NCBI GenBank assembly: GCA_028826165.1
Contig: JAPDFW010000092.1
Coordinates: forward strand, 620,001-684,000
Length of the DNA: 64,000 nucleotides
Reading direction: 5' to 3'
Source of the DNA: Anaeramoeba ignava BMAN
Taxonomy: Eukaryota; Protista; Anaeramoebae
The notes beneath the pieces are model-generated. The model searched no databases. It was not told where the DNA came from and saw only the letters and a list, made by a program, of their open reading frames with translations. Position numbers and translations under genes: made by a program. Of the stretch, positions 12,101 to 22,758 are shown in pieces; the first letter of the stretch is position 1, and each line of letters begins with the position of its first letter.

Positions 12101-14525
12101 TAAAATTATAAATAAAATTATAAATTAAATTATAAATTAAAATTATAAATTAAATTAAATTAAATTAATAAAATAAATAAAATAGCCACGCCTTGTTCCA
12201 ATGAAAATATTCATGGAATCACCTTACGTTTCTTCAGATGGAACAATATACTTAACAAGCAAAAAAACAAACCTACTTTGCATTAACAATAAAAATGGAG
12301 AAATAATTAGTTCACAAGCTTTAGATGATGAAAATACAGTTAGTCAATGCAAAAACGAAATACAACAAGATATTATAGTACTTGTTCGTTCGGATAACTT
12401 AATATTTGCAATTGATCAAGAAACAACACAAAATCTTTGGAATATGTCATTCTCAAATTTTCATATGATCAATCCCTTTTTTGAAGAAATCAAAATGGAT
12501 TCAAAAGTAAATGAAATTGATTCAAATTATTATATAATAACACTTCAAAATGGAACAGTGCTTTTATTTAACACAATAACTTCAAAAATTGAATGGAGCA
12601 TGCAATTATCATCACCTCCTGCATATCTTTTTACATCGGATTTAGGAAAATTAAATTATGAAGTTGGATTTTTCCAAGATAATTCTATTGGAGAAGATTT
12701 TTCTATTGTTTATAACGAAGAAAATCTACTTGATTCAATTGAAAAAGATATTGTTCAATGGAAGGATTATGGATTTTTTGGACCACTTTTGATCTCTCAA
12801 ATTTTCATATCAAAATATCAAGATCAATATTATATTCTTGATAATCCAAAAACATGGACTTATCTTGATTATCCAATTCAACACATTTTATTCAACGAAC
12901 TTTTTGATCAAAAAAGTCAACTTTTACTCTCAGATTCACCTCATACTCAAGGACAACTGATTCCTTTGGATATTTCAAATTTCTCTCAATATTCTACTTT
13001 GTGTAATTCAAATATATGGGAATGTTTATATGGTGTTCATAGTGCAAGAGATCGTCTTGATGTGCAAACAATCAAGGATTTTATTCTTGATAATCAAATC
13101 CCTCCAAAAAATTTTTTAATTAAGGATCAAATTCATTGGATTATTACTATTTTCGTATTTGTGTTTGTTTTACTTCATATTGGAAATAGATTTTTGAGAA
13201 AAATTAAAAAGAAAAAAAACCAGAAAATTAAGGAAGAAAATTTAAATAATAATAATAATAACAATATCGAAATTTCTTTAAATTCAAATCCAAATTCAAA
13301 TTCAAATTCAAATCTAAATCTAAATGAAATTGTAATAGGCGATTTAAATGTTTCTAAAAATATTATTGGTTATGGTTCAAACGGAACAGTTGTTTATGAA
13401 GGAATATTAAATAAAAGAAAAGTTGCAGTTAAAAGAATGATCAAAGAATTTTGTTCTTCAACATTTCAAAAAGAGGTTCAAACACTTCTTGAAAGTGATG
13501 ACCATCCAAATGTAGTCAAATATTATTCAACAAAAGAATTCAATGATTTTGTTTATATCGCATTACAATTTTGTCCATTTACATTTGAAGATATTATCAA
13601 AGATAACAAAAATCATCCTTTCAAATGTTATGGAGAAAAAAAAGAACCCACAGTTCAGCTATATAATATCCTCAAACAGATTGCAAATGGAGTAGGATTT
13701 CTTCATTCAATCAACATCATTCATTATGATATCAAACCTCTTAATATTTTACTTGATAAAAATGGAACTGTGAAAATTTCTGACATGGGATTAAGCAAAA
13801 AAATTGAAGAAGAAAAAACAACAATCTCCGAATCTTCCTCAAAAATACGAGGAACACATGGATGGAGATCTCCTGAGATTTTACTTAATCAAAAGCACAC
13901 ATCTTCAGTGGATGTTTTTTCAATTGGATGTGTGTTTTTTTATGCTCTTACTCAAGGTGTTCATCCATTTGGAGATTCTTTTGAAATTGAATCCAATATT
14001 ACAAGCTTTAATCCAAAGAATTTGCATTTAATTGAAAAATTCCCGATTGAATATGATTTGGTTTCATGGATGCTTGAAAAGGATCCTCAAAAAAGACCCA
14101 CAATTAATGAAGTTACTAAACATCCCATGTTTTGGAAACCTGAACAAAAACTTAATTTTCTAATTGATGCAAGTGATATTTTGGAATTTGAAAATCAATC
14201 TTCACTTTTAGTTCAAAAATTTGAAAAACATCGATCAAGAATTATTGGGCAAAATTGGATGGAATTTTGTGATACTGCTTTATTAGACAATCTTAAAAAT
14301 TATCGTCAATATAAAGGTGAATTTCTTAGAGATCTTTTAAGAGTTATTCGTAATAAAAAAAATCATTTTAAAGATTTGCCTATTCAACTTCAACAAACTC
14401 TTGGTCCTATTCCAGATAATTATTTGAATTATTTTTTTGTTAGATTTCCTGGACTTTTCGTTTATGTTTATCATTTCATCCGTTTGAATTGTTTTCATGA
14501 ACAAATTTTCCAATCTTATTGGTAA
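9144..14525 (+). CDS. IRE1: IRE1 ER-stress sensor kinase/endoribonuclease; exons 9144..9461 and 12186..14525
   Basis: Signal peptide, luminal domain (GNIHSIDLKTGKQNW; SPYVSSDG), TM helix, kinase (IGYGSNGTVVYEG, VAVKRM, ESDDHPNVVKYY, SDMGLSKK, GTHGWRSPE), KEN domain (DLLRVIRNKKNH); phase-0 intron GTGAGT 9462..12185 ATAG. Confidence 0.95.
9475..12175 (+). repeat. Intronic 12-bp satellite (ATAAATAAAATT/ATAAATTAAATT)n
   Basis: About 2.4 kb of near-pure 12-mer repeat filling the IRE1 intron, interrupted at 10732..11009. Confidence 0.97.
10732..11009. mobile_element. Non-autonomous DNA transposon (MITE), 278 bp, perfect 43-bp TIRs, probable TA target-site duplication
   Basis: Left GAGTTATTTCATAAAACCGACCCGAGACAATAAATCCGACCCA (10732..10774) is the exact reverse complement of 10967..11009; TA flanks both sides; removing the element plus one TA restores the satellite register. 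Confidence 0.93.
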
Positions 14526-14623
14526 AAATGAATTTCTTTTTTTTTTTTTTTTTGAATAAAACAAAAACAATAAAAAATTTGAATTTGAAAATTTGGATTT
14601 GAATCGAAATTTGTTTTTCTTTA

Positions 14624-17600
14624 TTAAATTTTCTTTTCATTTCTTTTCATAAATTCTAATAAAATTGAAGAATACCAAGAAAGAAGATTTGAATCATTTT
14701 GTGTTAAATTCATTAATTTTTTAAAAAGTTCTAAATCATCATCATTTACTTCAATTTTATTTGAATTATTATTATTATTATTATTATTATTTTTTAATTT
14801 TAATTTGATTCTTTCCAGAATTATCACTAATTTGTTGGAAATATTCACCAAATAAATCAACAGCTTTATTTGCATGATTTATAACCAAATCAGGTAAATT
14901 AGCCATTTTTGCAACTTGAATACCAAAAGAAGAAGGACAAACACCTTGAACAAGAGAATATAACAAAACAAGTTGATGATCTGAAGTTTGAGTAAAAGAC
15001 ATATAAAGGGTTTGAATTTCTTGACGGTTTCTAAAAGCATCTATCAAAAGATGCAAATGAGTTGAAAAAACAGCAAGACATTTTGTAGTCAAAAGATAAT
15101 CAACAACAGCAGAAGCGATTGCTGTTCCATCAAAAGTAGATGTTCCTCTTCCAAGCTCATCAATAATCAAAAGAGACCGTGGATTTGCCATATCAAGAAG
15201 TGTTGATGTTTCCTCAAGTTCACACATGAAAGTACTTTTCTGGTGGAGAAGATCATCTCCTGCTCCCATTCGTGTTCCAATAAAATTAAACACGGAAAAC
15301 CTCACATAACTTGCAGGAACAAAACATCCAATTTGACCCATAATTACAATCAATGCAACCATTCTCGAAAAAGTGGATTTTCCAGACATGTTTGGTCCTG
15401 ATAAAAGAAGAATTTTCTGTGAAGAAAGATCAACGCTGTTAGGCACAAAAGGAAATATTCGGTTTCTAATACTGGATGTCTTCCTTCACGAATCACAAGT
15501 TGTGATTCATTTTCTCCATCACTTTCAATCAGTTCTGGACGTGTGAATCCTTCTCTTTTCGATATTCTCCATAAAGACTGAAGGCAATCAATCACGCTTA
15601 TTTTGTGGATTAGTTGTGAAAATGACTGATATTCTCGCGCAAAATCTTGTTGGAATTTTTTCCATTCAAATTTAATTGTTTGATCCAAAACAACTCGATG
15701 ATACTGAATGTCTTTGATTTTGGAAACAATTACAGAAGTGTGAAAACGTGTGAACTTCTTTGTTTTGGAGATTGAAATCCAGTCATCAGGTATTTTTTTG
15801 GATTTGGCTTTCTTTGTATTAGGAACTTGAATCAGAAACTCGTTTTCTGAAACTTTGGTGTAATTGATAGAGGAATCATTAAGAATATCACGAATTTCTT
15901 CCAGATATTCACCATTGAGATAACCCTCAATCTCTGCAATTTTTTGCTTTTCTTCCCAAATTTGAGGGAAATTCTTTTTAATATCCTTGAAAATATTCGA
16001 AATGGATGTCTCATCTTTGCAGATCTTGCTCATAAAAGAAGAAACATATGATCCCGACTGATCAAGAAAGTCAAGAGGAAATTTCCCTAATAAACCTGAT
16101 TTACATTCCTGTAAAGGTTTTGACTTGAGAAAATCAATCGAGGAACTCAGCGCTTTTGTGAATCGAATAAACTCATTTGGCAAAACTTTTCCTAAACTAA
16201 TTCTTGTCAATCCTTTTTCCAAATCGGGAAGTTTGTATTGATTCAACGAAGAAATCACAAAAGAAGAAAGTGCTTCATTTTCAACAAGTTCTGAAACGGC
16301 ATCAAGTCTTTGTGTGATCTTCTCAAGATTATTCAAAGGAGAAATGATCCATTTTTTCAGCATTCGACTTCCAAATGGAGTCAGTGTGTGTCTCATAAAC
16401 TCAAACAAGCTTCGAGGCTCATTGGAATCTCCAGAAATTGTTCCAATCTCATTCTCATCAATTAGTATACCTAAATTCCGAATTGTGTTTGAATCAAGCT
16501 CAACATTTTGGTATCGAAAATCATCCACTGAATGAAAATTATCGGGAAAAATAAACAATTTGGAAAGATTGAAGACTTGCATGTATTCAATCACTTTGGC
16601 AAGTGATATCATCAACCCCTTTGATAAAATACTCTTTATTTTTTGGTAATTATCAGGTTTTGAATGCAATGAATTATTTTCTTTGTTTTTCTCAGTTTTT
16701 TGGTAGAATTGAAACAGGAAATCCTTGCTTTTTTTATAATCACTAAAAGATTGTTTCTCAATTCTAGAATTGAATTCAAACGCTAATCCTTGAATAATTC
16801 TTCCATAAGAAAACCATTTTGAAGAAGGAATAAGAAACTCAGAAGGTTGAATGGATCGAATAAATTTAATAAAACGTTCTTCTTTCCATTTCCCTTGGAA
16901 ATCCCCGTAAATAATCTCTCCGGTTTGGGTATCAACAGCAATCACAAAAATCACTTTTTCAGGATCATCTTTATGAACATGACGATCTGATTGTCCATCA
17001 AAATTAGTCGAAACGGAAACAAGATAGGAAAACGAAGATGAATCAAGGATTCCTTCATGACTCAATGGAGAGTTTATCATTGTGCTTTTGGTATACATCT
17101 CAGACATCTCTCTATCAAAAAGACCGCTTTTTTTATCACTAAATTTTCTTTTGGCTGATTCAATTGTTTGTCTAACAACTCCAACTTTGAATCCAGCATC
17201 AACTACTCGAGAAACATGAATATCAATACGATTCACTGGAATTGATGCGTTTAATAAGTTTTTATGTTTATAAGTTGTGATATTTAATATTGATGACACA
17301 ATTTCTGCGTCTTTTTCAAATAATACAAATCTATATCCTGATTGAACAAACAAAATTGTGTCTGGATACTCTTTTTTCAATTTTATATATTGTTTTTCTA
17401 ATTCTGTTAGTTTGTTTGATTTATCTTTTCCTTTCTCTTTGGTTTTTTTTTCTTCTTTTATTGTTGATGTTTCCAGAATTTTTGGTTTAACTTCGAAAGT
17501 TTTTGATTTTTTTTTTGATTGATTTTTGGAATAATTTTCTGGGTTATTAGAATTTTGTTTTGAATTTTGAATGAATTTGAATTGTTGTAATTTATCTTGG

Positions 17601-18100
17601 CTTTGATTTTTTAATTGATTTTCATTTTCTAATTGATTTTCATTTTCTAATTGATTTTCATTTTCATTTTTTAATTGATTTTTTAATTGATTTTGATTTT
17701 GATTTTCATTTTCATTTTCATTTTCATTTTCATTTTTTAATTGATTTTGATTTTGATTTTTTAATTGATTTTGATTTTGATTTTGATTTTGATTTTGATT
17801 TTGATTTTCTAATTGATTTTGATTTTGATTTTTTAATTGATTTTTTAATTGATTTTGATTTTGATTTTGATTTTCATTTTCATTTTCATTTTCATTTTTT
17901 AATTGATTTTGATTTTGATTTTGATTTTGATTTTCTAATTGATTTTGATTTTGATTTTGATTTTCAAATTGATTTTTTAATTGATCGTTATTTTTCTTTT
18001 TTGTTTGTGAAAATAAAAATATTGGACAAATTTTATGTTTTGATGGATCTGTAAATTTTTTACTATTTCCTTCAATAATTTTATATTTTTTTTGAGACAT
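14624..18100 (-). CDS. MSH3: DNA mismatch repair protein MSH3 (MutS family), with apparent frameshifts at ~15447-15466 and ~14790
   Basis: LTELEKQY..LK..YPDTILFVQSGYRF..FEKDA, SIPVNRIDIHVSRVVDAGFKVGVVRQ (MSH3-type domain I lacking F-X-E); GRHPVLE / FVPN, GPNMSGKST, STFMCEL, DELGRGTST, SFGIQVAKMA; a plausible C-terminus continues in ORF 14624..14875. Confidence 0.9.
17605..17985 (-). repeat. Coding hexamer repeat (QN/EN/LKN) in the MSH3 N-terminus
   Basis: GATTTT/CATTTT tandem run. Confidence 0.9.
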
Positions 18101-18211
18101 TTTTATTTATAAATAAATGAACAAAAAATTAAAAAAAAAATGAATGAAGAAAAATGAAAAAAAAAAATCAAAAAATTTTAATTACTTTAAATAGTTTTTT
18201 CTTTTTGTTTT

Positions 18212-21200
18212 TAATTTATTGTTAATAAATATTTTGATTTTAGAAATATATTTTAAATTAATTCTATTATAAATTATTAATTATTATTATTTAATATTTT
18301 ATTTATTTTATTATTTATTCCACTTTTTATTTTTAAATTAATATTATATTTAAATTTAAATATATTTTAATTTATTATTAATAAATATTTTGATTTTAAA
18401 ATATATTTTAAATTAATTCTATTATAAATTATTTATTATTATTATTTAATATTTTATTTATTTTATTATTTATTCCACTTTTTATTTTTAAATTAATATT
18501 ATATTTAAATTTAAATTTATTTTTAATTTATTATTAATAAATATTTTGATTTAGAAATATATTTTTAAATTAATTCTATTATTAATTATTTATTATTATT
18601 ATTTAATATTTTATTTATTTTATTATTTATTCCACTTTTTATTTTTAAATTAATATTATATTTAAATTTAAATTTATTTTTAATTTAATATTAATAAATA
18701 TTTTGATTTTAAAATATATTTTTAAATTAATTCTATTATAAATTATTAATTATTATTATTTAATATTTTATTTATTTTATTATTTATTCCACTTTTTATT
18801 TTTATATTAATATTATATTAAATTTTAAATATATTTTAATTTATTATTAATAAATATTTTTGATTTTTAAAATATATTTTAAAATTAATTTTATTAATTA
18901 TTATTAATTATTATTATTTAATATTTTATTTATTTTATTATTTATTCCACTTTTTATTTTTAAAATTAATATTATATTAAAATTTAAATCTATTTTTAAT
19001 TTATTATTAATAATTATTTTTGATTTTAAAATATATTTTTAAATTAATTCTATTATTAATTATTAATTATTATTATTTAATATTTTATTTATTTTATTAT
19101 TTATTCCACTTTTTATTTTTAAATTAATATTATATTAAAATTTAAAATCTATTTTAATTTATTATTAATAAATATTTTGATTTTAAAAATATATTTTAAA
19201 TTAATTCTATTATTAATTATTAATTATTATTATTTAATATTTTATTTATTTTATTATTTATTTATTCCACTTTTTATTTTTATATTAATATTATATTAAA
19301 AATTTAAATCTATTTTAATTTAATGTTAATAAATATTTTGATTTTAAAATATATTTTAAATTAATTTTATTATAAATTATTTATTATTATTTAATATTTT
19401 TATTTATTTTATTATTTATTCCACTTTTTATTTTTTATATTAATATTATATTTAAATTTAAATTTATTTTTAATTTATTATTAATAATTATTTTGATTTA
19501 GAAATATATTTTAAATTAATTCTATTATTAATTATTAATTATTATTATTTAATATTTTATTTATTTTTATTATTTATTCCACTTTTTATTTTTTATATTA
19601 ATATTATATTTAAATTTAAATCTATTTTAATTTATTATTAATAAATATTTTGATTTTAAAATATATTTTAAATTAATTCTATTATAAATTATTAATTATT
19701 ATTATTTAATATTTTATTTATTTTATTATTTATTCCACTTTTTATTTTTATATTAATATTATATTTAAATTTAAATATATTTTAATTTAATATTAATAAT
19801 TATTTTGATTTAGAAATATATTTTAAATTAATTCTATTATAAAATTATTAATTATTATTATTTAATATTTTATTTATTTTATTATTTATTCCACTTTTTA
19901 TTTTTTAAATTAATATTATATATTTAAATTTAAATATATTTTTAATTTATTATTAATAAATATTTTGATTTTAAAATATATTTTAAATTAATTATATTAT
20001 TAATTATTAATTATTATTATTTAATATTTTATTTATTTTATTATTTATTCCACTTTTTATTTTTAAATTAATATTATATTAAAATTTAAATCTATTTTAA
20101 TTTAATGTTAATAAATATTTTGATTTAGAAATATATTTTAAATTAATTCTATTATTAATTATTAATTATTATTATTTAATATTTTATTTATTTTATTTTA
20201 TTATTTATTCCACTTTTTATTTTTATATTAATATTATATTTAAATTTAAATTTATATTTTAATTTATTATTAATAAACATTTTGATTTTTAAAATATATT
20301 TTAAATTAATTTTATTATTAATTATTAATTATTATTATTTAATATTTTATTTATTTTATTATTTATTCCACTTTTTATTTTTATATTAATATTATATTTA
20401 AATTTAAATCTATTTTAATTTATTATTAATAAATATTTTGATTTTAAAATATATTTTAAATTAATTCTATTATTAATTATTAATTATTATTTAATATTTT
20501 ATTTATTTTATTATTTATTCCACTTTTTATTTTTAAATTAATATTATATTTAAAATTTAAATATATTTTAATTTATTATTAATAAATATTTTGATTTTAA
20601 AATATATTTTTAAATTAATTTTATTATTAATTATTAATTATTATTATTTAATATTTTATTTATTTTATTATTTATTCCACTTTTTATTTTTAAATTAATA
20701 TTATATTAAAATTTAAATATATTTTAATTTATTATTAATAAATATTTTGATTTAGAAATATATTTTAAAATTAATTCTATTATAAATTATAAATTATTAT
20801 TATTTAATATTTTATTTATTTTATTATTTATTCCACTTTTTATTTTTAAATTAATATTATATTTAAATTTAAATATATTTTAATTTATTATTAATAAATA
20901 TTTTGATTTAGAAAGATATTTTAAATTAATTCTATTATTAATTATTAATTATTATTATTTAATATTTTATTTTATTTTATTATTTATTCCACTTTTTATT
21001 TTTTTATATTAATATTATATTTAAATTTAAATTTATTTTAATTTATTATTAATAAATATTTTGATTTTAAAATATATTTTAAATTAATTCTATTATTAAT
21101 TATTAATTATCATTATTTAATATTTTATTTATTTTATTATTTATTCCACTTTTTATTTTTTAAATTAATATTATATTTAAATTTAAATCTATTTTAATTT

Positions 21201-22020
21201 ATTATTAATAAATATTTTGATTTTTAAAATATATTTTAAATTAATTCTATTATAAATTATTAATTATCATTATTTAATATTTTATTTATTTTATTATTTA
21301 TTCCACTTTTTATTTTTATATTAATATTATATTTAAATTTAAATATATTTTAATTTATTATTAATAATTATTTTGATTTAGAAATATATTTTTAAATTAA
21401 TTCTATTATAAATTATTTATTATTATTATTTAATATTTTATCTATTTTATTATTTATTCCACTTTTTATTTTTATATTAATATTATATTAAAAATTTAAA
21501 TCTATTTTTAATTTATTATTAATAAATATTTTGATTTTAAAATATATTTTAAATTAATTTTATTATTAATTATTAAATTATTATTATTTAATATTTTATT
21601 TATTTTATTATTTATTCCACTTTTTATTTTTAAATTAATATTATATTAAAATTTAAATATATTTTAATTTATTATTAATAAATATTTTGATTTTAAAATA
21701 TATTTTAAATTAATTCTATTATTAATTATTAATTATTATTATTTAATATTTTATTTATTTTATTATTTATTCCACTTTTTATTTTTAAATTAATATTATA
21801 TTAAAATTTAAATATATTTTAATTTATTATTAATAAATATTTTGATTTTAAAATATATTTTAAATTAATTTTATTATTAATTATTAATTATTATTATTTA
21901 ATATTTTATTTATTTTATTATTTATTCCACTTTTTATTTTTAAATTAATATTATATTTAAAATTTAAATATATTTTAATTTATTATTAATAAATATTTTG
22001 ATTTTAAAAGATATTTTAAA
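18212..22020. repeat. AT-rich satellite array, ~157-bp unit, ~24 copies
   Basis: Landmark TTCCACTTTTT recurs about every 155-160 bp (e.g. ~18318, 18473, 18630, 18787). Confidence 0.97.
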
Positions 22021-22094
22021 AGAAATTTAAAAGAAAAAGGAGAAAAATTACGTTTTCAAATTACGTCATCTGATGTTTAAATAAAAATTATTTT

Positions 22095-22140
22095 TTTTTT
22101 CATTTTTTCATTTTTCATTTTTTTATTTTATCATTTTTTT
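22095..22140 (+). promoter_or_regulatory. Cluster of initiator-like TTTCATTTT motifs upstream of the P2-like gene (representative of a window-wide motif)
   Basis: Four TCATTTT copies 30-70 bp before the ATG; the same strand-matched motif precedes most genes. Confidence 0.55.
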
Positions 22141-22166
22141 ATTTTTGATTTTGAAATTCCTTAAAT

Positions 22167-22499
22167 ATGCGTAACATATTAGCTTTAATGCTTTTGGTGT
22201 TAGGCGGGAATCCAAATCCGCAAATTGAAGATTTTGAAAAAGTATTTCGAGCATCAAATATTCAAATTGAAAGAAAAGAGATTGAACAATTACTTTTAGC
22301 AATTCGAGGAGTTGATCTTTTAGATTTATTTGAAAATTGTAGAGATTTAGTTTCCTCAAATTTTTCACCAAAAGAAATTACTGAATTTATTGAACCAAAA
22401 CCTAAACCTGAACCTGAACCAAATCCTGAACCATTTAATAGTGATCATTCAGATAATGAATCAGATGAAAATGTTGACCTTTTTGATATTTTCAATTAA
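22167..22499 (+). CDS. RPLP2: Divergent 60S acidic ribosomal stalk protein P2-like
   Basis: MRNILALMLLVLGGNPNP..EDFEKVF resembles the P2 N-terminus (MRYVAAYLL..LGGN..P); 110 aa; acidic tail SDNESDENVDLFDIFN. Confidence 0.75.
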   Translation: MRNILALMLLVLGGNPNPQIEDFEKVFRASNIQIERKEIEQLLLAIRGVDLLDLFENCRDLVSSNFSPKEITEFIEPKPKPEPEPNPEPFNSDHSDNESDENVDLFDIFN

Positions 22500-22758
22500 A
22501 TCAAAACAAATCAAAACAAATCAAAACAAATCAAAACAAATCTTTTTTTTTTTTCATTTCTTTTTTCTTTCAAAAATTTTCCAAAAAAAAAGAATAAAAA
22601 AGATTGAATTTCTTTCATTCCAATTCATTTAATTTTAATTTTAAATTTTAATTTCAATTTTAATTTCAATTTCAAATTTAATTTTAATTTAAATTTTAAT
22701 TTTAATTCCAATTCATTTAATTTCAATTTTAATTTTATAAATGAATTTTAAATTTAAA

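Noticed and set aside
18212-22020. CRISPR-like array
   Set aside because: Whole units are repeated with no unique spacers; no cas genes; eukaryotic context
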